Below, piece by piece: positions 28,854 to 38,536 of a stretch of 64,000 nt of DNA (position 1 is its first letter; every line of letters starts with the position of its first letter). Location: assembly GCA_027324255.1 (NCBI GenBank), contig DAHVTI010000320.1, positions 1,409 to 65,408 on the forward strand, given 5' to 3'. Below the pieces are notes generated by a model. The model did not search any database, was not told where the DNA came from, and saw only the letters and a list, made by a program, of their open reading frames with translations. The stretch is from Bryobacterales bacterium. Lineage in GTDB: Bacteria > Acidobacteriota > Terriglobia > Bryobacterales > Bryobacteraceae. Made by a program: the position numbers and the translations under genes.

Positions 28854-29921
28854 CTAGGCCCCCGGGCGGCCTCCGTTCATCAATCGGAGAACGTACGCCA
28901 GGACTTCCGCGACTGCTCGGTACAACTGAGCGGGGATCTCCTGGCCGACCTCCACCTGCTTGTATAGTGCCTGTGCCAGCGGAGGATTCTCGATCACAGC
29001 GACCTGGTGGCGAAGGGCGGTCTCTCTGATTCGGAGTGCCAGGTAGTTCTTCCCTTTTGCTACCACCCGAGGTGCCGCCATCTCCTTCATGTCATAGCGG
29101 AGAGCGACGGCAAAGTGCGTTGGATTCACGACAACTGCCGTGGCCTTGGGAACCTCGGACATCATGCGCCGCCTCAGCAACTCGCGCCTGAGTCGACGGA
29201 TCTTCATTTTGATCTCCGGATTGCCCTCATTCTGCCTGTACTCCTCGCGCACCTCCTGCTTGGTCATCATCAAATCGTCCATGTAGTTTCGTCTTTGGCG
29301 AAAGAGGTCTATCACGCCCCACGCCAGGAGTACTCCTGCCGACTTCCAGGCCAATTGGGAGAGCGCGCCGCCGGCGACTCCAATGGCACTTTCCAGGCTG
29401 AGGAGGGGAAGGCGAAGAAAGGCGTCCAGGTTCGCAGAAATGACTGCCCAGCAAATCACCAGCATCACCGGCAGAAACAGGACCGCTTCCTGGACGGCTG
29501 TCCGGTTTTTCCGGGGCAGTTCGCGGAGGTGGCCGATGGGGTTCAACCGGCCGGCGTCTGGGGCCAGTTTCATGGGGGCCAGCCCGAAGCCCGTGCACGC
29601 CAACTGCGCCAGCAGCATTGCGGCGGTCAGCGCAGTTCCGGCGAACAGCAGGGCCCCTGCGATCGGCAACAGAAGCACCCTCAGGTTCCACTCGATGGTC
29701 GACTTCGTGACGGGAACCTGGAAGGCGAGTTCCAGCAGGCTGCGGAATCGGCCACGGAATGCCGGCCACCACGTAGACGCTGTCCCGGCGATCAAGGCGG
29801 CGAAGACCGCGAATTGAACAGCGGAAACGAATTCGCGACTGCTGGGAAAGCGTCCCTCCTCCCGGGCTTTCTTCAGGCGCTGTGCCGTCGGCTGCTCTGT
29901 TCGTTGTCCGCGATCAGCCAT
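28854..29921 (-). CDS. flhB: Flagellar export switch protein
   Basis: RTEQPTAQRLKKAREEG, MMTKQEVREE, NPTH autocleavage motif. Confidence 0.96.
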   Translation of the reverse strand: MADRGQRTEQPTAQRLKKAREEGRFPSSREFVSAVQFAVFAALIAGTASTWWPAFRGRFRSLLELAFQVPVTKSTIEWNLRVLLLPIAGALLFAGTALTAAMLLAQLACTGFGLAPMKLAPDAGRLNPIGHLRELPRKNRTAVQEAVLFLPVMLVICWAVISANLDAFLRLPLLSLESAIGVAGGALSQLAWKSAGVLLAWGVIDLFRQRRNYMDDLMMTKQEVREEYRQNEGNPEIKMKIRRLRRELLRRRMMSEVPKATAVVVNPTHFAVALRYDMKEMAAPRVVAKGKNYLALRIRETALRHQVAVIENPPLAQALYKQVEVGQEIPAQLYRAVAEVLAYVLRLMNGGRPGA

Positions 29922-29924
29922 GGA

Positions 29925-30695
29925 TTACCTCAAGATGGAGCTCAGGACCGCCGTCATGCGGTTGAGCCCAGTCTGGTACGTCCACGCCATCATCGGAGCC
30001 ATGATGGCCAACGCGGCCAGAGAACCGAGCATCTTGACGGGGAAGGAGAGGGAAAGCAGTTGGAGTTGAGTCTGCAGCCGGCCGACCAGGGCCAAGGTGA
30101 TGTCGGTCAGTAGGAGCAGTCCAGCGACGGGTAGTGCCAGACGCACGCCGAGCTCCAGCATCTCGCCGCCGAATCGCACGAGTTGAGCAGCGCTTTCCCA
30201 TCCGACTCCGACGGAGCCTGGGGGGCACACCTCGAGGCTGCGCGCAAATGCCCTCAGGACAATCCTGTCCACGCCGCCCGCGAAGAACAACAGATTGGCT
30301 GCGAGTTGCGCCGTGGTCTGCAGAACCGTGCTGTCAGCCTGGCTGCTTGGGTCGAACGTTGAGGCGTAGGAGAAGCCCGCTTGCATGACCACCGTTTGGG
30401 CGCCGAACACCAGGCATTCGGACAGCATCCCCACCAACGCACCCACGCCCACTCCTAGAAGGCTCTCGCCCGCGGCCCAGACGGCAAAAGTGCCCGCCGA
30501 CAGGGCGTCGGTTTCCACGCGGGGCCAGATGGGGTGGAGCGCGACGGACAGCGAGAGGACCAGCAGGAGTCTGGCGGGCTCGGCGACCATCCTGGAGCCC
30601 GGGATCGGAACGAAGGCGAGCATGCCTCCCAGCCGGAAAAGGACCAGCAGGAAGGCCGCCAAGGTGCCCGTACCGAAGCTGAGTTCACCGCCCAT
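29925..30695 (-). CDS. fliR: Flagellar export protein
   Basis: LFRLGGMLAFVP, six-TM profile, FPVKM; position upstream of flhB. Confidence 0.9.
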   Translation of the reverse strand: MGGELSFGTGTLAAFLLVLFRLGGMLAFVPIPGSRMVAEPARLLLVLSLSVALHPIWPRVETDALSAGTFAVWAAGESLLGVGVGALVGMLSECLVFGAQTVVMQAGFSYASTFDPSSQADSTVLQTTAQLAANLLFFAGGVDRIVLRAFARSLEVCPPGSVGVGWESAAQLVRFGGEMLELGVRLALPVAGLLLLTDITLALVGRLQTQLQLLSLSFPVKMLGSLAALAIMAPMMAWTYQTGLNRMTAVLSSILR

Positions 30696-30954
30696 AGCGG
30701 CTGAGTTCTCCCAGTAGTCGCTCGGTGAATGTGCAGAGCCTGATCAACATCCACGGCAACAGGACCACGATGCCTGCCAGAAAAGCAGCCAGGCGCGGCA
30801 CGCTGCCGAACGCCGGGTCCTGAACCGAAGTCACGATCTGCAACAGGCTAATCAGAATGCCGGCCACGAACCCGATGGCAAGAAGAGGCAGGCTGAGCCA
30901 GAATGCGGTCATCAATGTCTGTCTCACCAGGTCCACGACAGCTTGTTGGTTCAT
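30685..30954 (-). CDS. fliQ: Flagellar export protein
   Basis: ISLLQIVTSVQDPAFGSVPRL; 89 aa. Confidence 0.92.
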   Translation of the reverse strand: MNQQAVVDLVRQTLMTAFWLSLPLLAIGFVAGILISLLQIVTSVQDPAFGSVPRLAAFLAGIVVLLPWMLIRLCTFTERLLGELSRYGR

Positions 30955-30961
30955 TTGGGCC

Positions 30962-31699
30962 TCACTGAAAACTCCGCATCATCGAACCGACGACCAGATT
31001 CCAGCCGTCCACCAGAACGAACAGGAGAATCTTGAAGGGCGCCGACACCATCACCGGCGGTAGCTGCACCATCCCAAGCGATAGCGTCACGGACGCGACG
31101 ACAATGTCGATCACCAGAAAGGGAAGGTAGAGAACTGCTCCGATCTGAAAACCTGCCTTGAGTTCCGACAGGACGTAGGCAGGCGCCAGAATCCCCAAGC
31201 CGAGATCCTGAGGAGTCCTCGGCGGCGCAGCCTTCGTGATCTCGACCATCAGTGCGATATCCTTTTCGCGGGCGAACCGGAGCAGGAAGCCTTTGAGCGG
31301 TTTGGATCCCGCCTCCCAGGCTTCCTCCCGGTTGATCTTGCCTTGCTCGAGCGGTTCCCAGCCTTTTCGGTAGGCTTCGCCGATGACAGGAGTCATGATG
31401 AGCAAGGACAGGAACATGGAGAGCCCGATGAGTACCTGATTCGAAGGCGCAGTCTGTGTTCCCAATGCCTGCCTGAGGAAGTGCAGGATCAGGCTGATGC
31501 GAAGGAATGGTGTCAGCGAAACCAACAGCGCCGGCAGCACCGTCATGGCCGTCAGCAGGAGCACGACCTGGAGCGATGGTCCCAGGCCATCGGCCGCCCT
31601 GCCGCCCTTCAGCGGAATGCCCAGCATCGAGTCCGGTGCTGCTCCGGCCAGCGGAAGCGCCGCTGCCAGCAAGGGTGGAATCCACCTCCGCGCGTTCAT
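30962..31699 (-). CDS. fliP: Flagellar export protein
   Basis: LTPFLRISLIL, APSNQVLIGLS, PAYVLSELKAGF, PFKILLFVLVDGW; start at MNARRW. Confidence 0.94.
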   Translation of the reverse strand: MNARRWIPPLLAAALPLAGAAPDSMLGIPLKGGRAADGLGPSLQVVLLLTAMTVLPALLVSLTPFLRISLILHFLRQALGTQTAPSNQVLIGLSMFLSLLIMTPVIGEAYRKGWEPLEQGKINREEAWEAGSKPLKGFLLRFAREKDIALMVEITKAAPPRTPQDLGLGILAPAYVLSELKAGFQIGAVLYLPFLVIDIVVASVTLSLGMVQLPPVMVSAPFKILLFVLVDGWNLVVGSMMRSFQ

Positions 31700-32004
31700 G
31701 CAGCGCTCCCTGTCCCGCGCCCGCAAGCCCGTCGAAGGTCCTGCTCGAATGCGCCCGATTGCGGCGCAAATACGATGCCGGCCGGATGAGTGCCGACGAG
31801 GATCGGCGTTCCGCCCGTTTCCACGACATGCAGGCAATGTTGTGCTGTTAACGGGATCCTATGGGTCACTCGAAAGGCCGGTTGTCCCCGGTGGTTGCCG
31901 CCGGGGAACTGCGGCAGGACGCCCCTTCGTCTGGCGATCCAAAGCGCCCCGCACAGCAGTCCGAGAACCACGATGACAGCCAAGAACTGTTCGCTCGCCG
32001 GCAT
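31696..32004 (-). CDS. fliO: Flagellar biogenesis protein
   Basis: N-terminal TM then RIPLTAQHCLHVVE...ILVG; lies between fliN and fliP. Confidence 0.8.
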   Translation of the reverse strand: MPASEQFLAVIVVLGLLCGALWIARRRGVLPQFPGGNHRGQPAFRVTHRIPLTAQHCLHVVETGGTPILVGTHPAGIVFAPQSGAFEQDLRRACGRGTGSAA

Positions 32005-32005
32005 G

Positions 32006-32254
32006 TTATTCCTCGACATTGAAGTCTGTGATACGGACGCCCATGGTGTCCTCGATAATGACGATCTCCCCGAATCCGACCAAAGCCTCGCCGATTCGAA
32101 TGTCAATGTTTTCCCCGGCTGACCGGCTCATGCGGATGACACTTCCGATTTCGAGTTCAAGAACCTCTCGCATGCTCATGGTTTTACGGTCCAGTTCCAC
32201 TTCCACGTCCAGGAAGACATTCAACAACGGTGCGATCTGCTGGCTGACTGTCAC
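32006..32254 (-). CDS. fliN: FliM/FliN SpoA-domain switch protein
   Basis: LNVFLDVEVELDR...GENIDIRIG..LVGFGEIVII...GVRIT. Confidence 0.85.
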   Translation of the reverse strand: MTVSQQIAPLLNVFLDVEVELDRKTMSMREVLELEIGSVIRMSRSAGENIDIRIGEALVGFGEIVIIEDTMGVRITDFNVEE

Positions 32255-32273
32255 GGCGTCCCGGCCCCTGCGA

Positions 32274-33524
32274 CTAGCGCTTCAGGTTGATGGTTTCCTG
32301 ACTGAGTTCATCGACTGCGGTGACCACCCGCGAATTCGCCTGGTATCCGCGTTGGAGAACGATGAGGTTGGTGAACTCGCGTGCGATGTCGACAGTGGAG
32401 AACTCCACGGCCCCACCCATGATCTGGCCGCGGCCGCCGGAGTTTGGCAGGCCGACAGCCGGCAGTGCCGACCTGGCGCTGAGCTGGAAATTATTGTCGC
32501 CTACCGCGATCATCGATTCCGGGTTGCGGATCGAGGCCATTGCCAGTTGGCCCACTGCGACCTGCTGGCCGTTGGAGTACTGAGCCAGGATCCGCCCACC
32601 ATCTCCGATTCCCACCTTGACCAGTTGCGCGGCAGCGAACCCGTCCTGTGCGTTCGCGGCCACGGCCGACTCCTGCGAGAACTGGGTGAGACGCGGAGTG
32701 AGCCCGTTGTACAGATTCCAGGTGACGTTCATGTCCGCAGCCCCGTTTGCCAGCCCCGAAATCGTCATTGAGGGCATCGGATCGGCGGCCAGCGGCGCGG
32801 CAAGCCTGCCGGAGGAGTCGAATTGAATCGTGCCGGTGACCGCAGTGAAGGGCGGGGTGGCCAGATCGGAGTCAGGAAACCCCATCGTGTATGCCCACTC
32901 GCCCGCATTGGCCGTCTTGTCAAACTTGACTGAGACGACATGCGAGCCGCCCAGCGAGTCGTAGACTTCGATCGAGGTAGAGAAAGTCGTTGCGGGCGGG
33001 CCGGCAGAAGCCGACGCATCGAGGTTGAGGTCGAACGAAATGTTGGTCGTCGCCACAGGGGACCGCAGGGAGCCTATCGGAACAACCACGTCCGTCGCCG
33101 GTTGGGTAGTGTCCAGGACTCCATTCACTTCATTCCAGCCCTGCAGGCGGAACCCAGTCGCGGTGACGAGTTGTCCGTCCTTGTTGACCTGCAGATTGCC
33201 GCCTCGCGTGTAGAGCACGCTGTTGTTCTTCGCCTCTCGGACTACCAGGAAGCCATCGCCTTGGATTGCGACGTCGAGTGGGCCGGAACTGGCTTGGATC
33301 GCGCCCTGTGAAAACTGCCGGATGGTCACGGGTCGGGCTACGCCGAATCCAACCTGGGTTTCTCCCAGTCCGGCCCCCAGAGACTGTGTGACCAGGTCGC
33401 TGAAGGCAACCACGCTGGCCTTGTAGCCTGGCGTGTTGAGATTGGCGAGATTGTTGCCCACCACATCGATGGCGGTGGCGTGCGCTCCGAGAGCACTGAG
33501 TGCGGTTGAAAATGATGTGAACAT
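32274..33524 (-). CDS. flgE: Flagellar hook protein
   Basis: ALSALGAH...VVGNNLANLNTPGYK, DVAIQGDGF, YTRGGN, STVDIAREFTNLIVLQRGYQANSR. Confidence 0.95.
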   Translation of the reverse strand: MFTSFSTALSALGAHATAIDVVGNNLANLNTPGYKASVVAFSDLVTQSLGAGLGETQVGFGVARPVTIRQFSQGAIQASSGPLDVAIQGDGFLVVREAKNNSVLYTRGGNLQVNKDGQLVTATGFRLQGWNEVNGVLDTTQPATDVVVPIGSLRSPVATTNISFDLNLDASASAGPPATTFSTSIEVYDSLGGSHVVSVKFDKTANAGEWAYTMGFPDSDLATPPFTAVTGTIQFDSSGRLAAPLAADPMPSMTISGLANGAADMNVTWNLYNGLTPRLTQFSQESAVAANAQDGFAAAQLVKVGIGDGGRILAQYSNGQQVAVGQLAMASIRNPESMIAVGDNNFQLSARSALPAVGLPNSGGRGQIMGGAVEFSTVDIAREFTNLIVLQRGYQANSRVVTAVDELSQETINLKR

Positions 33525-33547
33525 TGTGGCTCCAGTCTTTCTCTGCG

Positions 33548-33859
33548 TTAGGGGTTCTGTGTTGCTGAAGTATCGGCGCCGTTCTCGATTGTTTTCCGGA
33601 TCGCCTTCAGTTCGTCTCTCATTCCCAGGGTCTGTTCCAGTTGCGAGAACTGTGCCAACTGAGCGACGAATTCGGTCCCATCTGCCGGATCCAGTGGGTT
33701 CTGATGCTTGAGTTGGGCGACCAGCAACTGCAGGAAGACCTCCGCATTTGCCAGATCGCTGGTCTCTGGCGCCTTCGTCTGCTGCTTGGCCTGGTTGCCG
33801 ATCAGTTCCTGAATGTCCCCCCAGTTTTGAGTCTCTGTGGCGGACGTAACCGTGCTCAT
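33548..33859 (-). CDS. flgD: Hook capping protein (short form)
   Basis: FLQLLVAQLKHQNPLDP...FVAQLAQFSQLEQ. Confidence 0.92.
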   Translation of the reverse strand: MSTVTSATETQNWGDIQELIGNQAKQQTKAPETSDLANAEVFLQLLVAQLKHQNPLDPADGTEFVAQLAQFSQLEQTLGMRDELKAIRKTIENGADTSATQNP

Positions 33860-35724
33860 TTCAGTCCTCCTTTGACTGCCAGCCTTCTCAAGGCCGCCAT
33901 CTCCGCAAGCTCCTGCTCGTCACTCGACCAGTCCCATTCACGCCGCGGAGAGTCGGAATGCTCTCCGGAACCCATCGACGTCTGGTTCAGGCTTCCCGGC
34001 GAGTTCTGACCGCGACCCGGTGCCGTCCGCCACGCTGGTGACAGGCGATCGGCATCCTCGGCTCCGGAGAACCGTTTCAAGGATTCGGCAGAAGGGCTCA
34101 GTTCGGCTTTCCAGCCGCGCGTATTGAGATCCGACTCCAGTTGGGAGATGTTGACGCGTAGTGTGTCGGCGATCTGTTGATCATGAGTCCGGAGCTTCAG
34201 GTTCACCGCCCCTCGAGCTTCTACGAACTGCATGTCCACGCGGCGGCCGGTGCCTGCTTCCAGCCTGACGGTGAGCTCGCGCAGCGCGGTTCGGGGTTCC
34301 GAAGGTTTCGAAAGGGCGGCCTTTGCCGACGCGAGCTGTTCAGCCTGCGTCGTGCTGGGCGCGTTCCGGTCCGTTCTCCCCGCCTCACGCGCTTTGTGCG
34401 GATCCATGGCAGCGGACGAGTCATGAGGTGCGGTCACGGATACGCGCTGTGTCGGATTCCCAGGCTGCACCTCTCGGAGATCCGATTCGGGATGATCCGC
34501 AGAGGCACTGTCGCCTCTGCCGGATTCGCGGGACGGTTGACGAGCAAGACCGGACGCGGCGAGGCCGTCCGACTCCACCGCCGCAGGCTCCCTAGCGGCG
34601 GTGAAGTAGGCCGGTTCGCGGGGGGGGCGCCTGCCGTCGGCAGAGAGGACTGATGGCGCATGATCGGAATCCACCTGATTTTCGCCAACTGCGTTTTCCA
34701 CTCCAGTGGGCGAGCCGGCAAGTCGTGAAAGGTCATCTCTTCCGGAACCTTGCGACGACCCTGGATTCCCCCCGAGTTCCCGCCCATCCGGTGGAAGCTC
34801 TCGGGCGAAGTTCTCCGAATTCGCCGGCAAGCCTGCAACTGTAGGGCCGGCGGCGGAATTCAGCGGGAGTCTCGTCACGGGCACTGCCCTTCCGGCGGAT
34901 GCCGCTCGCTCGGAGTCCTGTTGCTGAAGCCTGCCTTGGACGACCGGCGGGGCAACCGACTCTGATAGGGGGGGCACCGCTATCCCGACCTCAGCCGTCC
35001 TTTCTGAAGTTGCCGGGAGGCCGGTTGCTGCCGCCTTTTCGTCGGCCTTCATATCCTGCCGTAAGCTCAGTCCGGTCCCGACAGACCAGCCGAGCGATCC
35101 TGGCGAATCTGTCACCGGTACAGTCAGGCCAATGTACTGAGCGGAAAGCGGGGGGATGCCGGCGCCGGGTTCGGCTCTCCGACCGGCGGGGTCACCGCTG
35201 AAAGCGTCTGACGTGCTCTCTCCCGCCCGGCCCTCGCTGCCGCGGAACTCCTCCACGCCGTTCACGCTGCGTTCTCCCGAGGTTGTTTCCGTCGCCTCCA
35301 GCCACGGGGGTGAGAAGGAGAAGCCAGTGGTCGTCGCCGGAGCGGCGACAATTGCAGGAACGGCGCTGGCCAGGATCTGAAGTCCGATCTCCTCTCCGCG
35401 TTCCTGCTCCTCCCGTTCGACATCAGTGGAGCCCTTCGCAACAGGGCATTCCTTCGACTCTCCAATTGGCAACTCCGCGGGCGGTGCAGTCGACCTGATT
35501 GCAGTGCAGTTGGAAGTTCGGGCCTGGCCAGATCCCGCGCCGTTATCGCAGGATTGCGTCTCAGCTTCAGGTGAAGCCTGAAGTCGTTGTTGCAGCATGC
35601 TCACAAAGGAGATGCGTTTCGTCCTGCCCGCGGAGCTGGGCGGCTTGGCAAGCGCGGACTGCTGGGAGCTCAATTCCGACGGCGAAATCAGAAGCTCCGA
35701 AGCTGCGCAGTTGAAGTCGGCCAC
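33856..35724 (-). CDS. fliK: Probable hook-length control protein
   Basis: Low-complexity S/A/P/G-rich body; C-terminal LTVRLE...VDMQF......VNLKL...LRVNISQLESDL; ATGA coupling to flgD. Confidence 0.7.
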   Translation of the reverse strand: MADFNCAASELLISPSELSSQQSALAKPPSSAGRTKRISFVSMLQQRLQASPEAETQSCDNGAGSGQARTSNCTAIRSTAPPAELPIGESKECPVAKGSTDVEREEQERGEEIGLQILASAVPAIVAAPATTTGFSFSPPWLEATETTSGERSVNGVEEFRGSEGRAGESTSDAFSGDPAGRRAEPGAGIPPLSAQYIGLTVPVTDSPGSLGWSVGTGLSLRQDMKADEKAAATGLPATSERTAEVGIAVPPLSESVAPPVVQGRLQQQDSERAASAGRAVPVTRLPLNSAAGPTVAGLPANSENFARELPPDGRELGGNPGSSQGSGRDDLSRLAGSPTGVENAVGENQVDSDHAPSVLSADGRRPPREPAYFTAAREPAAVESDGLAASGLARQPSRESGRGDSASADHPESDLREVQPGNPTQRVSVTAPHDSSAAMDPHKAREAGRTDRNAPSTTQAEQLASAKAALSKPSEPRTALRELTVRLEAGTGRRVDMQFVEARGAVNLKLRTHDQQIADTLRVNISQLESDLNTRGWKAELSPSAESLKRFSGAEDADRLSPAWRTAPGRGQNSPGSLNQTSMGSGEHSDSPRREWDWSSDEQELAEMAALRRLAVKGGLK

Positions 35725-35939
35725 GCCGATGCAACAGCAACCTCACTTCCACAGCGTGTGTTCCTTTTTCTTCAAGAGGATGACGGCCGCCACCGTTTCA
35801 ACGCCCAGTGCCGGGTTCCGTTTTGGCACGCGGGGACAGTCCCAGATGTTCCGAATTGGTTATCTCATCGGCCCGTGGAGCCGTTTGTTCAGTGTTTCCT
35901 TTTCTGGTCGTCAAATTGCATTTCGATTGGCGAGATGCC

Positions 35940-36692
35940 ATGGATCCTCTGACAATCGCGGCGGCCTCGGGAATGCGAGCCCGGCTCGAGGCGCTGGACC
36001 TGCTCGCGAACAACATTGCGAACAGCTCCACCCCAGGCTTCAAAGCCGACCGTGAGGCCTACACCTCCTATCTGGGAGAAGAGAGCCTCGGCGCTGAGAT
36101 GGACGGCGCGGGGTACTCCCAGATCTCGTCCCCGCTCATTGAGGCGCACCGGACTGATTTTTCTCAGGGAGCGCTGACTCCCACGGCGTCTGCTTCTGAC
36201 CTGGCTCTTTCCGGCGACGGCTTCTTCCTGCTGGACTCTGCAAACGGGCCGCTCTTGACCCGCTCCGGCAAGCTGCACGTCTCCCGCGACGGCAGGTTGC
36301 TGAGTGCGGAGGGCCACGAATTTGCCACCGTGGCTCCGCAACGCATCCGGGCTGATCCTGAACTCCCTGTTGAAGTTGACTCAGATGGCACCGTGCGGCA
36401 GCAGGGCTCGCCGCTCGGCAGGCTGCAAGTTGTGAAGTACGCGATCCAATCCCAGCCTCCCAAGCGGGAAGGGGTCTATTTTGCGCTGGATACCGGTCAG
36501 GCGCGCACGCTGGTGCCGTCCGAGGCGGAGGTCCAGCAGGGCATGGTGGAGAACTCGAACTACTCGGTGCCGGAGGCGGCTGTTCGGCTCGTGGCGGTTC
36601 TGAGGCAATTCGAATCTCTTCAGAAAGCACTGCAGTTGGGTGGGGAGATGGGCCGCAAGGCCGTAGAAGAAGTGGCTCGAGTGAATCCTTGA
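35940..36692 (+). CDS. flgF: Proximal rod protein
   Basis: AASGMRARLEALDLLANNIANSSTPGFK, DLALSGDGFF, MVENSN; start at MDPLT. Confidence 0.85.
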   Translation: MDPLTIAAASGMRARLEALDLLANNIANSSTPGFKADREAYTSYLGEESLGAEMDGAGYSQISSPLIEAHRTDFSQGALTPTASASDLALSGDGFFLLDSANGPLLTRSGKLHVSRDGRLLSAEGHEFATVAPQRIRADPELPVEVDSDGTVRQQGSPLGRLQVVKYAIQSQPPKREGVYFALDTGQARTLVPSEAEVQQGMVENSNYSVPEAAVRLVAVLRQFESLQKALQLGGEMGRKAVEEVARVNP

Positions 36693-36707
36693 TCCAGGAG
36701 ATCCATT

Positions 36708-37499
36708 ATGATTCGCGCCCTATACAGCGCTGCCAGCGGGATGAACGCGCAGCAGCTCAACGTCGACAACATCGCCCACAATCTCGCCAACGCTAACACC
36801 GTGGGTTACAAGATGCGCAGGTCTCAATTTCAGGACCTCCTCTATCAGACGATGGTGCAGCCCGGCGCGGCCGCGGGCGCTCAGACCGTCGTTCCCACCG
36901 GGCTGCAAGTGGGATTGGGTACTCGCGTTTCATCCAACGGGATCTCGTTTGCCCAGGGGAGCTTCTCGTCCACCTCGAATCCGCTCGATATCGTCATCGA
37001 AGGCCGCGGTTTCTTCCAGGTTCGGCGTCCCACGGGCGAGATCGCCTACACCCGGGCGGGTCAGTTTCACCTGGATCGTGACGGCAACCTTGTTACGAGC
37101 GAAGGTGATCCAATCGAGCCCCAGATCACCATCCCGCCCGAGGCGCAAAGCATAACCATTGGGTCGGATGGAACCGTCAGCTTTACCTTGCCCGGCCAGT
37201 CTGCGGCCCAAGTGGGCGGCCAGATCCAGTTGGCCAACTTTTCCAACCCTGCCGGCCTGAACAGCATCGGCAGGAACCTCTACCTGCCGACGGACGCATC
37301 TGGAGATCCGACCATCGGGAACCCGGGCGGGCAGGAGGGGTTGGGAACTCTGCTGCAAGGCTACGTGGAACAATCCAACGTGAGCGTGGTGGAGGAATTC
37401 GTGAATCTGATCGTCAGCCAGCGCGCCTACGAAGCGAACTCCAAGGTAGTCAAAGCCTCTGACGAAATGTACCAGCAAGTCAACAACATGACACGATGA
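36708..37499 (+). CDS. flgG: Distal rod protein
   Basis: MIRALYSAASGMNAQQ, FQDLLYQ, YTRAGQF, EQSNVSVVEE...QRAYEANSK. Confidence 0.96.
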   Translation: MIRALYSAASGMNAQQLNVDNIAHNLANANTVGYKMRRSQFQDLLYQTMVQPGAAAGAQTVVPTGLQVGLGTRVSSNGISFAQGSFSSTSNPLDIVIEGRGFFQVRRPTGEIAYTRAGQFHLDRDGNLVTSEGDPIEPQITIPPEAQSITIGSDGTVSFTLPGQSAAQVGGQIQLANFSNPAGLNSIGRNLYLPTDASGDPTIGNPGGQEGLGTLLQGYVEQSNVSVVEEFVNLIVSQRAYEANSKVVKASDEMYQQVNNMTR

Positions 37500-38536
37500 A
37501 ACTCGCCGCATGGCTGGCCGTCTGCGCGCTGCCGCTGCCGGCCGCGGACCGCTGCATCCAGGTCGATTCCAGCCGCATCCTTGTCAGCCACATCCTTCCC
37601 GCCGTGCCGGAGCTCTCCGCGCTTCCGGGGGGATTGGTGCTTGGCTATGCACCTTCGCCCGGACTGGTCCGCTGGTGGAAAGGACGGCATGTCCGCGCCC
37701 TCGCTCTGCGCCGAGGTGTGGACATCGGTGCAATAAGCGATTTCTGCGTCGAGCGGCCAGCCTCTCCCATTGGCGAGGACGAGGTGGCGAGCGTTCTTGC
37801 TTCGCTTCTGCCGCCCGGCGCCAGGCTGCAACTGGTGGACTACTGCCGCCTGCGCATGCCGCGCGGAGAACTGCAGTTCACGCTACGCGGCCTGGTGCGT
37901 CCGCCCAACCCGCTGCCCGGCTCTCTTCTGATGTGGCGCGGCCGGCTTATCTATGACAAGAACCGCAGCGCACCCTTCTGGGCAACCGTCAGGGTCTCCG
38001 TTCGCCGGGAGGGCGTCTACGCCGTCCGGCAGATACCGCAGGGCAAGCTTGTCGCGGCCGAAGACGTCCGATTGGAGAGCCGCGAAGAGTCGCTGTTCTC
38101 GGCCGTACCCGCCGCTGAGTTCGTGCGCCTGCTCGGACGGCGTGCCCGGCGCAACATTTCCCCAGGTTCGGCCGTACCGGAAGATCTTCTGGTTGCCCCG
38201 CGCGAGGTGAACCCTGGAGAGGTGATCGAGGTCCAGGTCCAGTCCGGGACGACCCGGCTCAAGCTGAACGCTCAGGCCGTGACGGGCGGAAGTGCCGGGG
38301 ATCCCGTGCTGCTTCGGAATCGGACTTCTGGCAAGCAGTTCAAGGCGATTATCGATGGAAAATCTCGCGCTGTTCTGGATTTGGAGGATTCTGATGCTGA
38401 AGACCGCACACCGGGCGCTGCTGCTTTCCCTGCTGCTCAGTCTGGCTCCGCTGATCATAGCGGGGGATCGCGCAGCCAAGGCAAAATCGGGGCGCGATCC
38501 AGTGAAACCGCTCGATCGATTGATCCTGGAAGCTGA
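37496..38536 (+). CDS. flgA: P-ring formation chaperone with apparent C-terminal read-through
   Basis: SAF domain (YAVRQIPQGKLV), GEVIEVQVQSG..L...AQAVTGG..GD.VLLRN..SGK; ORF runs 143 nt into flgH. Confidence 0.82.
   Translation: MKLAAWLAVCALPLPAADRCIQVDSSRILVSHILPAVPELSALPGGLVLGYAPSPGLVRWWKGRHVRALALRRGVDIGAISDFCVERPASPIGEDEVASVLASLLPPGARLQLVDYCRLRMPRGELQFTLRGLVRPPNPLPGSLLMWRGRLIYDKNRSAPFWATVRVSVRREGVYAVRQIPQGKLVAAEDVRLESREESLFSAVPAAEFVRLLGRRARRNISPGSAVPEDLLVAPREVNPGEVIEVQVQSGTTRLKLNAQAVTGGSAGDPVLLRNRTSGKQFKAIIDGKSRAVLDLEDSDAEDRTPGAAAFPAAQSGSADHSGGSRSQGKIGARSSETARSIDPGS

Noticed and set aside
26663-31699. Non-flagellar type III secretion system
   Set aside because: Export genes are embedded with hook, rod, ring, fliA, flhF and fliS genes; no secretin or needle genes.
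35795-35840. Divergent sigma-54 promoters between fliK and flgF (back-to-back GGCAC)
   Set aside because: Neither has TTGC at the required -12 spacing.
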